64,000 bases of DNA from a virus: the IMG/VR virus record IMGVR_UViG_3300045988_149975; one strand, 5' to 3'. The notes below the pieces were generated by a model. It was not told the origin of the DNA, did not search any database, and saw only the letters and a list, made by a program, of their open reading frames with translations. The first letter of the stretch is position 1. The number at the start of each line of letters is the position of its first letter. The position numbers and the translations under genes are program-made. Shown here one piece after another: positions 45,578 through 57,062 of this stretch.

Positions 45578-46249
45578 TTACTCCCCCTTATACGCAAATT
45601 CACCAAACAACTCTTCTCTTAACTCTTTAGCGACTTTTGCTGCTTCCTCTTCAGTGTCATAACTGCCACCATAAAAACGCTTACCATCTTTGCTACAATA
45701 CGCTTTCCATTTACCCGTTTCCTTATTATAAGAATAACCCTTACGCCTATGATTCATATTGTTTTGCCTTACTGTACAAATTCTTAAATTGCACTTCCTA
45801 TTATCTGCTTTATCGTGGCTAATATGGTCAACTATCATTCCTTCAGGGCAATCCATAATAAACCTGTTTAAACGAATATGTGTATGTGTAGTTTGCCAAT
45901 AACCTTTAGAACCTAATGTAAAATAATGCGGTTTTACTTTCTCAATATCCTCCGTATCTATTAAAGTATAATTTCCCTTATTATCATACATTTTTGTAAC
46001 TTCACCATCTATATAATATGTGTTATAAGCCCTGTTCTTTAAAGAAATTGCCTTTCTCATATTACAACCACAAGAAGTTGTACTACCTTGTCTTAAAGAA
46101 CGATATATAACAGGTTTTACATTTCCACAATCACATTGACATAAAACCTGCGCTTCAGTATTGCCTGACTTTGTAATCTTGTCAGGCAATAATCCAATAA
46201 TTTCCATTCTACCATATCTTTCCCCAATTTGAGGAATAATCTTTCTCAT
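45578..46249 (-). CDS. HNH homing endonuclease with AP2 DNA-binding domain (free-standing, inside the tail cluster)
   Basis: HNH core VDHISHDKADNRKCNLRICTVRQN. AP2-like C-terminus GYSYNKETGKWKAYCSKDGKRFYGGSYDTEEEAAKVAKELR. Confidence 0.7.
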   Translation of the reverse strand: MRKIIPQIGERYGRMEIIGLLPDKITKSGNTEAQVLCQCDCGNVKPVIYRSLRQGSTTSCGCNMRKAISLKNRAYNTYYIDGEVTKMYDNKGNYTLIDTEDIEKVKPHYFTLGSKGYWQTTHTHIRLNRFIMDCPEGMIVDHISHDKADNRKCNLRICTVRQNNMNHRRKGYSYNKETGKWKAYCSKDGKRFYGGSYDTEEEAAKVAKELREELFGEFAYKGE

Positions 46250-46262
46250 ACCTACACCTCCA

Positions 46263-46991
46263 TTAGTAACCTCTACTTGCCCAAGAAATCGTGCCCGCTA
46301 CATATTCACTACCCATTTTCATTGTCACATCAAATGATTTAGTAGTAATATTATAAACAATTATTGTAGGCGTTCCATCAATTCCACTATAAGATTTAAT
46401 AGTAGTATTTACATCAGGCACAATATGTAAAGGTCTTGTAAATTCTACTGTATATGGCTGATTATCTTCCGTAAGTTCTGCAATGCCTGTTTCATAAGTA
46501 TCTGGGCAGTCTATTTTATGAATATAAGTTCTTGCATTAGGTCTATCAGCATTTAAACTTGCTTGCATTACAAACTTACAAAGACATTTTTGATAAATAT
46601 AATCACCTGTAATTAATTCTTTCCATTTACCATAACCAAATGGAGTAATTGTTTCATCCCAATTAGTTTCATTTAATACCTTGTTATAAAATCTAATGTC
46701 ACCAATTACTTGCCCCGCATTTGATACCTTCAAGAAACCTACATCTAAATTAATAGGCACATTTTTAGTAAAATTATTTACTACTGTGGTATCCATATTA
46801 ACATTAATATTAAAATTTCTTATAAAAGCGTTAGTTGTAGTAAATGGTAATTCTACATCTAAAGTATCTAACCATGTATTTAAATATTCTATACCATTTA
46901 CATCTTTAATCTTATAGTGTAATTCATTCATTTTAAAAGGCAATTCAATCATTTTATAACTTCTCGCCTTTTGACTGATTACAACACTCAT
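46263..46991 (-). CDS. tail-associated structural protein
   Basis: 242-aa ORF. Confidence 0.4.
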   Translation of the reverse strand: MSVVISQKARSYKMIELPFKMNELHYKIKDVNGIEYLNTWLDTLDVELPFTTTNAFIRNFNINVNMDTTVVNNFTKNVPINLDVGFLKVSNAGQVIGDIRFYNKVLNETNWDETITPFGYGKWKELITGDYIYQKCLCKFVMQASLNADRPNARTYIHKIDCPDTYETGIAELTEDNQPYTVEFTRPLHIVPDVNTTIKSYSGIDGTPTIIVYNITTKSFDVTMKMGSEYVAGTISWASRGY

Positions 46992-47446
46992 ACCGTTTCT
47001 ACCTCATTAAATAATAATGTAAAACTAATTATATAAGTATCTAATTCCTCTTTATTTATAACAGGATAAGTTACCCTGTCAAACATTGTTCCTTCTGTCG
47101 CCGCATTAAATATACCTGCCTCTGTTAAAGCCCCTGTTGCTACGCCTGCGCCAAAAGTTGCACTCAATGTTAAAAACTTATCGGCAGAAGTATGACTATA
47201 ACCCGCTTTAAGCCTTTCTATTTCTGCAACAAGTGTAGTATCAGTTAAAGCAGGTGCTGTAGTACCTGTTCCTACTGCTATATATTCCATAGGGTCAGGG
47301 CGTGTTGCATTTGCAAAACAATTACATAAAAAATCATAACCCACATTAGTTATAAGATTATGTTTTATAAATTTTTGTTTTAAATTTCCTTCCCCATCTA
47401 ATAACTCACCTGTTACAATAACTTTTATTGCACTTTTTGTATTCAT
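46988..47446 (-). CDS. tail-associated structural protein
   Basis: 152-aa ORF. Confidence 0.4.
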   Translation of the reverse strand: MNTKSAIKVIVTGELLDGEGNLKQKFIKHNLITNVGYDFLCNCFANATRPDPMEYIAVGTGTTAPALTDTTLVAEIERLKAGYSHTSADKFLTLSATFGAGVATGALTEAGIFNAATEGTMFDRVTYPVINKEELDTYIISFTLLFNEVETV

Positions 47447-47457
47447 TTTATACCTCC

Positions 47458-50400
47458 TTATAAATCACCGTATAAAGCAAACTGATTATATACTTTCGGC
47501 GTTTCATAACGCTCCCTGCTTATTTCAAAAGAATCGTAAGTAAGACTATACATTACAAAAGTAAAATAACCATCGCCCTGTGATATTACAAAACTCAAAA
47601 AGTCTGCTTTACCTGAAAAATCTTTCAATGTATATTCTTTTCCATCTGATAATGTTACTACAAATCTATCATCTGTTTCCCTATAATGTAGCCATATATA
47701 ATCGCCCTCATCATTTTTCATTGTAAAAACAGTATAATTATTTGTACTATCAAACGGTACATACATTGTAAAACTGATTGAAAACTTCTCTGTTAAATCA
47801 ATATCTGTCCACTTTGGTCGACATTTTCCATCTATTAGTAAACCTTTTTCATACCTATTTTCTGCATAAGATGGTACACCATAACCACTTAAAGGATTAT
47901 TCCCTTCATCTGATACAAGTGTTTCATTTAAAGATAACCTATCCTGCACAGATTCCTTATTAGCCTCACTATAAGTAGTTATCTCTGTCCAAGAATTATA
48001 CATATCGTCTACACCTAATGGAAACCATAACCTACGGCGTGCATCTTCACTATTCCATACAAAATGTGCATCTTTCCATTTTAATTCCAACGCTTCATTT
48101 GCAGGTTTAATTACCTTTTCAATCCAGTTCCTCGCACAATATTCTTGGTCAAGTTCTATCTCATAAGTGTAATCACCATATACCTTTGCAGTATCAAGCT
48201 GTAAACCTTCAGCATTAACATGGGTATTATAGAATCTGCCATTCCAATCTTCTGCAACAGCGTCATACTCCTTAATCATATTTCTATTAGGTATAGAAGC
48301 TACTGTTAAAGTACAATATGCAGGATTTTCACAGGAAACACCTTTATCTGTATAAGCCTTTAACCAAAACATTGTACTTTGCGCCCACGCATAAGGATAA
48401 CTGAAGAATTGACCTGCACTTGTAGCAAGTATATTACCATATTCCCAATTATCGCCCTCTTTTAATACATAATAGGCTGCACCTTCTACTTTATCCCAAT
48501 GGAACTCAATATTACGTTCATTCTGAACACAGTCAAAACCACCAACATCTCTTGGTCTTGCAATTTCCATTTCCAATACAGCAGGAGTAGAACGATTACC
48601 CACAGTATCTACTGCAATAAGTAAAAATCTATACTCACCAACATCTGCACTATAATAAAAATTATCAGCGTGTATATCTCTTGCAATAGCTGTTTCATCT
48701 GATACAACACCTAAATATAATTCATAATGGTCTACATCTAACTCACCTTTATCCCAATATAACTGGAAACCACCAACTACTTCTTCCCCTCTAAAATTCA
48801 AGGGCATTGCAGGTGCTACATTATTTCCTGTTATATAAATTTCAGGTGAATAAGTATAGGCTGATACTTTACCATATTTACTTGTATTTTGAAATCTAAA
48901 AATATAAGTTTCAAAAATCTCCATATCACCTACAATAGCAGTATATTGTCCATCATCAACAAAGCCGCCGTCTACCCACTCGTCACTACCAACTTTTCTG
49001 TAACTTACGTTAAATCCTTTATTGTAAGTAAATTCAGCATAAGAAACATTTAACTTAACATTACTTACCACCACCTTATCAGGTAAGATATAATATTCTT
49101 GCTCATTAGATATATAAACAATTTCAGGCGGCGCTTCTTGTGGGTCTGCCAAATTTGACACATTAATGATTGGATTACTTGCACCACGTTGTTCAGAATA
49201 TATATCTTCATTATATTCTCTACAAGTAAGTTTAATGCTGCCATCTTGAGTATCTTCTATTTTTTGAATACGGAATTTCTTATCAATGAACTCTGTAACA
49301 TAATCTGTTACAGATATTACATCACCTACTGTTCTATTTAAAGCACGCCTATCTGTTTCAAATTCTATATAAGTCTGACAAGTAAGTGCTTGGTTCAAAT
49401 AAAACCATGCTAATCTACTTGCCTGGTCAAAATTAGTTACACCATACAACTCCATTGTTTCTACTAAAGGCTGTTTTCTAATATAACTTTCAGGACTTAA
49501 CGATGCTTCAGCATTTACTTTTACCCATTCATTATTAGGGTCAACATAGACTACCCTATAAATATCGGGAACATCCTGTAATGGCGCAAAACTAATAGAT
49601 AAACCACTCTTTATTTCAGCAGGAGTATAACTCTGTACTACCTCGTCTGCCTTTTCTACAAATAGACTATATTTACCCGCTCTATATACAAGCATTGAAC
49701 GGCAGCAATTAAGCATATACTGTACCCACTCTAACCTACTACGCTGTTCATCCAAACATAAGTTCAAAGTATAATCCTTTTCATCAAAAAACTTTGCACC
49801 GTCTATAAAACTTTGTACATCAATTTCGTCTAAATCCATACCGCACCCGTTATAACGTGTCATGAAATCAAGTACACACCATGCAGGATTATCTGACCAT
49901 TCTTCCGTATAATCTGTTAAATCTTCAGCATTATTATATTTTTTAACAATAGAACCATCTACTATACAAGTAAAATTAAAACTACCATTCAAATTTTCAT
50001 TGGCATTTGCTTGCAAAGCTGCATAGGCTAAATGCCTTAAACCACCTACTGTTTCAGCTTTAGTTTCTTGGTCACCACCAGTAACACGCCCATCAATTTG
50101 TTGAGTACCGTCACCTACATAAGTATTCCACGATACACCTTCAAATTTATCTGAATTAATAGGTAAATCATCTAATTCCAACTCTCTGATTTCTTTAATT
50201 TTACCATCACACAAAGCGATAATCTTATAAATTGTTTTTTTATCACTACTTAAACGAGAATAAATTAAATTACCTGCTACTTTTACAGTACCATAAATAA
50301 TTGGTATAGGACTTGTATTGCTTACACTTGTTTGTAGTGCGCCGTCACTATATGTATAAGACTGCCTTTTTTTAGATAACTCTTTTTGCTTTCTTAAACC

Positions 50401-50469
50401 TACAAACGTACTTACAAGAGTAAGTGCTATACCAATCCAACCAAAAACTGAACCTAATACTTTGGACAT
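47458..50469 (-). CDS. central tail fibre / host-specificity protein (lambda gpJ-like, FN3-containing)
   Basis: 1003 aa with an N-terminal TM helix, following M/L/K-like tail-tip genes. Internal FN3-like repeats. Confidence 0.55.
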   Translation of the reverse strand: MSKVLGSVFGWIGIALTLVSTFVGLRKQKELSKKRQSYTYSDGALQTSVSNTSPIPIIYGTVKVAGNLIYSRLSSDKKTIYKIIALCDGKIKEIRELELDDLPINSDKFEGVSWNTYVGDGTQQIDGRVTGGDQETKAETVGGLRHLAYAALQANANENLNGSFNFTCIVDGSIVKKYNNAEDLTDYTEEWSDNPAWCVLDFMTRYNGCGMDLDEIDVQSFIDGAKFFDEKDYTLNLCLDEQRSRLEWVQYMLNCCRSMLVYRAGKYSLFVEKADEVVQSYTPAEIKSGLSISFAPLQDVPDIYRVVYVDPNNEWVKVNAEASLSPESYIRKQPLVETMELYGVTNFDQASRLAWFYLNQALTCQTYIEFETDRRALNRTVGDVISVTDYVTEFIDKKFRIQKIEDTQDGSIKLTCREYNEDIYSEQRGASNPIINVSNLADPQEAPPEIVYISNEQEYYILPDKVVVSNVKLNVSYAEFTYNKGFNVSYRKVGSDEWVDGGFVDDGQYTAIVGDMEIFETYIFRFQNTSKYGKVSAYTYSPEIYITGNNVAPAMPLNFRGEEVVGGFQLYWDKGELDVDHYELYLGVVSDETAIARDIHADNFYYSADVGEYRFLLIAVDTVGNRSTPAVLEMEIARPRDVGGFDCVQNERNIEFHWDKVEGAAYYVLKEGDNWEYGNILATSAGQFFSYPYAWAQSTMFWLKAYTDKGVSCENPAYCTLTVASIPNRNMIKEYDAVAEDWNGRFYNTHVNAEGLQLDTAKVYGDYTYEIELDQEYCARNWIEKVIKPANEALELKWKDAHFVWNSEDARRRLWFPLGVDDMYNSWTEITTYSEANKESVQDRLSLNETLVSDEGNNPLSGYGVPSYAENRYEKGLLIDGKCRPKWTDIDLTEKFSISFTMYVPFDSTNNYTVFTMKNDEGDYIWLHYRETDDRFVVTLSDGKEYTLKDFSGKADFLSFVISQGDGYFTFVMYSLTYDSFEISRERYETPKVYNQFALYGDL

Positions 50470-50756
50470 TATTTATCACCTACATATCTAAAAATACCTT
50501 TTACACGGTCTTTATACCTTGCATAAGAGATTATCTCGGTTTTAATATGCCCTGTACAGTGAATCGCCTTTCCATCACCTAAACAAACCATTAAATGCCA
50601 TTTATTTAACGGTAATTTTACAACCAAAATATCACCATACTGAATATCTTTAAATTCTTTTATTTCTTCACAATGCTCTTTAAAATATTGTAACATATTA
50701 ACTTCTTCACTTACTGGATATTTGAACTTCCATGTTTCAGGAATTATTTCATACAT
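50469..50756 (-). CDS. NlpC/P60-like tail-tip protein (lambda gpK-like, short)
   Basis: Cys/His pair MVCLGDGKAIHCTGHI. Position matches gpK. Confidence 0.35.
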   Translation of the reverse strand: MYEIIPETWKFKYPVSEEVNMLQYFKEHCEEIKEFKDIQYGDILVVKLPLNKWHLMVCLGDGKAIHCTGHIKTEIISYARYKDRVKGIFRYVGDK

Positions 50757-50860
50757 AGGTGCAAGCTAAAGACAACCCCAAGCAAAGCCGTCCTTTTCGT
50801 CAATAAATGGCTGTCCTACCAGTTTTACAGCTTCATTTCGAGTCAACATTAAACCACCTC

Positions 50861-51478
50861 CTATTTATTAATCAAATATTCTCTCGGCACACTTGGATAA
50901 CCACCAAAATTTAACTGATTATGCCTTTGAATACAATCATTTAAAGTTTTACCGCAAGAATAATACTCTAATCCATTATAGCCACATCTATCACTCTTAA
51001 ATACAAGTTGACAATTTACATCATAAGTCATTAAGGGGGCTTCTTGTTCATAATCCCCTAAAACCCTTACTACCGAAAGTGAAAATGTTTCGGCAGTCAT
51101 TTTAATATCATCAAGTATTCCTGAATACATTGCAACTGGTTCATCTTCAGGATAGTCAGGAAACCATTCATATAAAGTGCATTTTTTACCTAAAAACTCA
51201 TTACCATGATTAGCTACTATTGCTGCCCATTCTTGCCATTTATTGCTTAATTCAAGTGAAATACTTTCGATAGAGTTATCAGAATTTTCCTCTCTTGTAC
51301 CCCTTACAATCGGCGCAGATTGATATACATTGCCATCTATTTCTACACTCTCTACACTATCGTCAGCTATAAATCTATAAATATTATTTTCATCATACCA
51401 TATTACTACTAATAATCTTGTCTGTACCTCATCAGTTTCTAAATACTCTGCTATCTCATTTTTAATACCAACAGTCAT
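50861..51478 (-). CDS. tail-tip assembly protein (lambda gpL-like)
   Basis: 205 aa with a C-terminal Cys cluster (CQLVFKSDRCGY...YSCGKTLNDC), as in the gpL Fe-S C-terminus. Confidence 0.45.
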   Translation of the reverse strand: MTVGIKNEIAEYLETDEVQTRLLVVIWYDENNIYRFIADDSVESVEIDGNVYQSAPIVRGTREENSDNSIESISLELSNKWQEWAAIVANHGNEFLGKKCTLYEWFPDYPEDEPVAMYSGILDDIKMTAETFSLSVVRVLGDYEQEAPLMTYDVNCQLVFKSDRCGYNGLEYYSCGKTLNDCIQRHNQLNFGGYPSVPREYLINK

Positions 51479-51510
51479 TTAGTCACCTCCAATAATTTAA
51501 GGGGCATATT

Positions 51511-51939
51511 TTATGCCCCATTTCTGACCTCCAATAAGTCGATTGTTACAACTCGATAGCCCATTTCATTAATTTGAAACTGCAAATCATCTGAAGCGAA
51601 CCTTACATAATACCATTGGTCATCTCCGCCCATATCAGTACCATCCTCATAAGTCTTTGACCACTTGAACTTAAAGGCTTTGAACTGACCTCTAACCTCT
51701 TTAAAGAAGTTTTCAAGTTTTCTACCACCATCAGGTGTCTTTCTAAACTCTAAAGTCCATTTTCTGCGTGGATAAGTCCACTGCTGTCTACGCTGTTCAT
51801 TCCCTGTCCACTTCTCATCAACAAGTGTATTATAACTTAAAGTATAGGAATAAACCTGTAATGCCATAATCCCCCACGCTTCTACGCCATTAGCTACATC
51901 TTTATAGTCGCTATTACTTGTTACATCAAGTCCTATCAA
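51511..51939 (-). CDS. minor tail protein (gpM-like)
   Basis: 142-aa ORF directly after the tape measure gene. Confidence 0.4.
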   Translation of the reverse strand: MIGLDVTSNSDYKDVANGVEAWGIMALQVYSYTLSYNTLVDEKWTGNEQRRQQWTYPRRKWTLEFRKTPDGGRKLENFFKEVRGQFKAFKFKWSKTYEDGTDMGGDDQWYYVRFASDDLQFQINEMGYRVVTIDLLEVRNGA

Positions 51940-51951
51940 GTTGTCACCTCC

Positions 51952-54900
51952 TTACTTTGTTGCACCTTTTGCAGCGTTCCTCATACTTGAATTAGTCTGC
52001 AAATCCTTTATAATCTGTGAACGAATCATAGGATATTGCTGTTTCCACATATCCATATTAGCTTTAGGGTCTACAGATTGGAAGTTATTATTTATCGCTA
52101 ATTGAATAGGCTGTCCACCCACTGCCCCACTATTACTTGCAAGGTCAGCACTTGTGTCTGCCGTTACATAACCACCTTCAGCATAACGGAATTTAGGTAA
52201 CTTACCTTTACCACTTAATCCACTACCTGCTGTATTTAACCTATCTAAAAAGTCTGTTCCTAAAGCCCTTACTGCTTTTGCCCTTACTACATATTCACCA
52301 TCTGACAATCTTGCAGGTATACTATCACTTGTAGATGTTCCTGCACCACTTACATAACCGCCTCCTGCAAAACCAAATCCCAATAAACTTGAAGATTGTG
52401 CTTTGGCTGCCTGCATTTGCATCCACATTTGCCAAATCTGCATTACTGCCATTAAAATCATCATTGCATTAGATAATTTTTCCGAATTAGCAGAAGCACC
52501 TATTAAGGCTGCCCCCATACTAATTGCATTTGCTGCGGCGATTTCATTAGCATAGTTATAACCAGTCTGTGCTGTATCACCAAATTTAACAGCAGAACCT
52601 AAACTTGTCATTTTCTCGCCTGTAGCTGTTACAACATCACCTAACTCAAGGAAATCATTATCTAACTGCATACTGCCATTTACACCGTTTACAGTAGTTG
52701 AACTACCCCTGCCCATATTATAACCTGTATTTGTAAAGCCACCTGTTACAGTAGTTGTAGTACCACCACCTAAAGATGTTGTAGTTCCACCAGTAGTATC
52801 AGATACCTGAATACCTACTGCACCGCCTATCTTCTGTGCCGCCTGTGTTACCACATCACCTAACTGCCTAATTGGAGGAATAGCAGTATTTACAATGGCA
52901 TTTTGGAAATCCAAAGAAGCCTGTTTAAACTTATCTTGAAATTCTTTAGAATCTACATCTATTATCTTTAACTTACTCTGTACAGTAGAATCAATTTCCA
53001 CCTCTCTATTACCGACCTGTTCATTAGAGGGTAGTATTGCACTGAATAAGCTGTCTGTAATATTTGTAGCCATCCTATCAAATATCTTCTTACTCCACGT
53101 TTGCAGTACAGATTTTGCAAAATCTTGTAATGCTTCTTTAGCTGTTTTTTCACCCCAAAGCATACTTTGGAAAGCATCTGATAAACTACCAATAAACTCT
53201 TCCTTAATAACTCTTTGGAATGGAGGTACAGCGTCAGTAAGTTCAAGCAATGCTTGTTTAGCATCTAATGCCTGTTGCCTAAAATTATTTGCCTGTGTTA
53301 AACTACCTCTTTGGGCAGCAACCTGTGACATTTTAGTATATAAAGCAATCATATCTGTATATGCGTCTATATACTCATCCATGTGTTCTTTACGGAAATC
53401 GAATAAATCACCTTCAGCGTCTGCTTCTGTATAAGCTAATCTATTAGCTTGATTTTTCTTACTAATATATTGCTCTTGTACATCAAGATTTATTCTCTCT
53501 ATCTGTGCATTAGCTTGCTGTGCTTGCTTCTCAAGGTTTCTTAATCTAATAATATCTTCTAAATTATTTATTGTCCCCTCTAAAGCAGTTTTACGGATTC
53601 CCCATGCATCTATCTCTGCTTGCTTACCACTCTCTACTGCCTGTGCATAACGTTCTTGAGCAGTAGTCATTTCAGCAAGTAATCTTGAATAATCACCTGC
53701 AAATTCTCTAATTAAATTCTGTTCAAATGCTTGCCTTGACTCGCCTGCTATATCTTGATATTTCTTATTTATCTCATCTAATCTATCGTCTAACTTTTTA
53801 TATTCTTCAATCAGCTTTCTTGTATATTCAGCTTCTAAATTCATTGCCTTCTGTCTTGCTTCAGCAATTTTATTATCAAACTGCTCTACATCAGAAGTTT
53901 GTCCCAAGGACTGTGCAATTTCTTTACGCTTTTCATAATTTGCAATTTCCTCATCAAGCTGTTGCTTTGATAATTCCATTGATGCTTCTATATAATTTTG
54001 AGTAGATACTAAATCATTTTTATATGCAGAATCTAACGCCTTTTGCTGTTCCTTTAAAGATGTTAAAGCAAGTTTTAACTCTGCCTCTAATGCTTTATAA
54101 GCACTTTTAGCTAATTTACCTGCCCCTTTTCCTGCACTTCCTGCATCAGCACTATCACCTGCTGTAAACAAAGCCTTAATATTATCAGGTAACAAACTGC
54201 TATCTGCAAAATCCTTCATAAGATTATCAGGATTTAAAGTATCTTTAACTTTATTTGCCGCCGCTTTAGCATCTGCTACAAACTCATCCATTATGTCACC
54301 CATAGTGGTTGAGTCATAAGCGTTCCACGCATTATTTACGGCATTGGTTAAAGTATCAATTTCACCCTGCATTGCATTAGCAGCGTCTTTATCTGTTAAG
54401 GAATACCAAAATTGCTCTATTTTCTTTTTAGCTAAATCTACTTCGAGTCCGATAGCGTTCCACAATTTATTCCATTTCTGTCCTAATGCACTTGAAGCGT
54501 CAGACACTTTGTAAACTGCATATACAACAGTTCCTATTGCCGCAACTATTGCCGCTATGGAAGCCACTGTTGCCGCTGACGCAACTAAAAATGCCGCTAT
54601 TCTTGCAACTAATAATGCAACTTGTTTTGCCGCATTTTTTAAACCAATGGATAAGGTATTAGTAATAACTGACCATATAGCTGTCGCACCTGAAGCCGCT
54701 GTCTGTGCTACTGTAGAAAGTGTAACTTGTCCTGTAAATAAACCTATAATAGTTCTTCCAGTTGCCAATACACCATTAAAAATAGCTTGTGCTGCTGACC
54801 ATGCTGTTGTAGCTATCCTACCTGCTATTGTTGAATCTGCAAATGCTTTAGTTGCATTTGCCATAGCTGTTATAGCACCTGTAAATGTTGTACTTTGTGA

Positions 54901-56745
54901 GATAGCGACACCCAACAATCTCCATTGATTAACTAAATTAGCTAATGTTGTAGAAATTCCTGCTAATTTAGTTAAGCCACTTGCAGAACTAAACATATTT
55001 GCAAATTCACTTACTAAACCTATAATACTATTTTTAGCTGTTACTACTATTGCACTTGTTGTAGCTATTACAGCTAACAAAGCACCATATTCACTTACAA
55101 ATCTGCCAATAGAAGTATCAGAGAATGAGGCTATAAAATTATACATCTCTGCTGCCGCATTACTTATAATACTTATTAACGGCTGTAACATAGTCAATGC
55201 ACCATTTAAAGTTACAACTAATATATTTATAACATTTAATGCACCATTAAAAGCCGCATTAAAAGCAGGCATCGCAGTTTTACCAATAGTCCAAATCAAA
55301 TCAAGTAGATTAGATAATGTATTATAAAACTTTGTCATTGTACTCAAAGTTTGCTGATTCAAATTTATATCCGTTACTACTTCTCTTGTCTGCTGTTGAC
55401 CATTACTATCAGTATAAGTAAAATCCTCTTTCTGCAAAGTAAACAACATATCTGTTATTTCTTTTAATTTACTTTTAGTATTCTGATAAAGATTTTCTAC
55501 TGCTACACTTGCAATCTTATTTACACCATCAGCAAAGTTGTTTAACATACCTTCCCAAGTGGTACTTAAATCATAAGAGGCTGCTTCAAAACCCGCCATA
55601 CGTTTCCTAATATCTTCATACAGCGTTCCCTCTTCACGCAGTTTATTTACAGTTGCAGTAGTATAGCCCAAAACTGTAGCCATCATATCTACACCTGGGC
55701 GGATTGCATCACCGCTAATTAAACCACGAATTTCCTGTATTACCTGCTGTTTCGGTAAACCGAATGATTTAACTGCATTTGCAGAAGCTACTACTAAATC
55801 CATTATTTGATTTAAGTCCATACCTGCATTTAAACCACCTGCTAATGCAGATTGATACGCTTCTGATAATTCAGAAACGGTTAAAGTAGTGCGCATTGCT
55901 TCTATCTGCATACGTTTAAGTATTTGTTCAGATATTTGTAAACCTTGTGCATAACTTGTCTGCTGCCCATTTATTTCAGTAGTAGATGCTAAAATACCTG
56001 CCATGCCTATCCTCATAGTTTCCATTGAGGAAGCAAATTGGAAACCTGGGGCTACAAGACTTTGTACTGTCCCTGCAATCATTTGAAAAGACTGTTCCAA
56101 AATAAATGCCTGGAAAGAAATCTTACTAATCATCTGCCAACTACTACTTAAACTACCAAAGAATGAATTTGCGCTCTTTGCTGCCCCATCCATACTACCC
56201 GCTAAATTGGTATTCCTTGTAGGGGTAGTAGACTGTTTACTTGTTGGCGTTTTTACATTTGCTCCGCTTGCTAAAGCCTTATTTGTAGCTTCTGCTTGCT
56301 TTTGTATAGCTTGTAAATTAGATACTACTGTTTTAGTATTCTTTGTACTTGCAGTAGCTAATTTATTCAAACCTGTTGTAAAATCCTTATTTGTCGCCTT
56401 TTGTAGATTAGCAAACTCTTTAGACAACTTTTGTAATTCTTTTACAACATCTGCTCTCATTTTATTAATTGCTTTTGTAGTTGTTACTGTATTTGAAGCC
56501 ATAGAATCATTTAATACTTTAAAACTATTCTGTAACTTCTTTGTTTGTGAAATTACAGAGTTTGTATTTTCATTAACTGATTTATTTATAGCTACTAAAT
56601 GCGTATTAATATTCTTACTTGCTTGCTGAAATGATTTAGAAAGCTGGTTTAAATCTTTTTCGGCAGTTTTTACACCTTTTTCAAGGTCAGTAGTATCTAA
56701 TGTAATATCAGCAGATACACTACCTACTTTAAAATCGTCTGCCAT
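51952..56745 (-). CDS. tail tape measure protein
   Basis: 1597 aa, coiled-coil-rich, with long Ala/Gly-rich hydrophobic segments and a C-terminal Gly-rich region. Largest gene in the tail operon. Confidence 0.8.
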   Translation of the reverse strand: MADDFKVGSVSADITLDTTDLEKGVKTAEKDLNQLSKSFQQASKNINTHLVAINKSVNENTNSVISQTKKLQNSFKVLNDSMASNTVTTTKAINKMRADVVKELQKLSKEFANLQKATNKDFTTGLNKLATASTKNTKTVVSNLQAIQKQAEATNKALASGANVKTPTSKQSTTPTRNTNLAGSMDGAAKSANSFFGSLSSSWQMISKISFQAFILEQSFQMIAGTVQSLVAPGFQFASSMETMRIGMAGILASTTEINGQQTSYAQGLQISEQILKRMQIEAMRTTLTVSELSEAYQSALAGGLNAGMDLNQIMDLVVASANAVKSFGLPKQQVIQEIRGLISGDAIRPGVDMMATVLGYTTATVNKLREEGTLYEDIRKRMAGFEAASYDLSTTWEGMLNNFADGVNKIASVAVENLYQNTKSKLKEITDMLFTLQKEDFTYTDSNGQQQTREVVTDINLNQQTLSTMTKFYNTLSNLLDLIWTIGKTAMPAFNAAFNGALNVINILVVTLNGALTMLQPLISIISNAAAEMYNFIASFSDTSIGRFVSEYGALLAVIATTSAIVVTAKNSIIGLVSEFANMFSSASGLTKLAGISTTLANLVNQWRLLGVAISQSTTFTGAITAMANATKAFADSTIAGRIATTAWSAAQAIFNGVLATGRTIIGLFTGQVTLSTVAQTAASGATAIWSVITNTLSIGLKNAAKQVALLVARIAAFLVASAATVASIAAIVAAIGTVVYAVYKVSDASSALGQKWNKLWNAIGLEVDLAKKKIEQFWYSLTDKDAANAMQGEIDTLTNAVNNAWNAYDSTTMGDIMDEFVADAKAAANKVKDTLNPDNLMKDFADSSLLPDNIKALFTAGDSADAGSAGKGAGKLAKSAYKALEAELKLALTSLKEQQKALDSAYKNDLVSTQNYIEASMELSKQQLDEEIANYEKRKEIAQSLGQTSDVEQFDNKIAEARQKAMNLEAEYTRKLIEEYKKLDDRLDEINKKYQDIAGESRQAFEQNLIREFAGDYSRLLAEMTTAQERYAQAVESGKQAEIDAWGIRKTALEGTINNLEDIIRLRNLEKQAQQANAQIERINLDVQEQYISKKNQANRLAYTEADAEGDLFDFRKEHMDEYIDAYTDMIALYTKMSQVAAQRGSLTQANNFRQQALDAKQALLELTDAVPPFQRVIKEEFIGSLSDAFQSMLWGEKTAKEALQDFAKSVLQTWSKKIFDRMATNITDSLFSAILPSNEQVGNREVEIDSTVQSKLKIIDVDSKEFQDKFKQASLDFQNAIVNTAIPPIRQLGDVVTQAAQKIGGAVGIQVSDTTGGTTTSLGGGTTTTVTGGFTNTGYNMGRGSSTTVNGVNGSMQLDNDFLELGDVVTATGEKMTSLGSAVKFGDTAQTGYNYANEIAAANAISMGAALIGASANSEKLSNAMMILMAVMQIWQMWMQMQAAKAQSSSLLGFGFAGGGYVSGAGTSTSDSIPARLSDGEYVVRAKAVRALGTDFLDRLNTAGSGLSGKGKLPKFRYAEGGYVTADTSADLASNSGAVGGQPIQLAINNNFQSVDPKANMDMWKQQYPMIRSQIIKDLQTNSSMRNAAKGATK

Positions 56746-56760
56746 TTAAACTCCCCTTTC

Positions 56761-56799
56761 TTTTATAAAAAAAGTCGAGATAGTAACACTACCTCGACT
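56761..56799 (-). terminator. hairpin plus U-tract (partial terminator or attenuator before the tape measure gene)
   Basis: Stem GTCGAG/CTCGAC (56774..56779 and 56794..56799) followed on the minus strand by TTTTTTTATAAAA. Confidence 0.35.
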
Positions 56800-56802
56800 G
56801 TC

Positions 56803-57062
56803 TTATTTTCCTTTTATCATCTTACCTGACCATAATTTAAAAAGTTCAGGTGTCATCTTTGGTAAATCGGAAACATCCTTATTAGGTTTTTTAGATGGAT
56901 TTTCTACACTCAAATGGTAGTCCAATAATGCGAAAATCTTTGCAGGAGAACTACTCCAAAATTCAATATCTGACATTTTAAGCACCCTCTTTGCAAAATA
57001 ATAAAATGCTACCCAATCCCACTCACCATCATCATTGGAAAGAGTTTTCTTTAGTTTTTTCC
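56803..57062 (-). CDS. -1 frameshift extension of the tail assembly chaperone (gpGT-like)
   Basis: Slippery heptamer A_AAA_AAC (plus 57054..57060) at the end of the G ORF. The -1 frame stays open through track ORF 56803..56985. Confidence 0.5.
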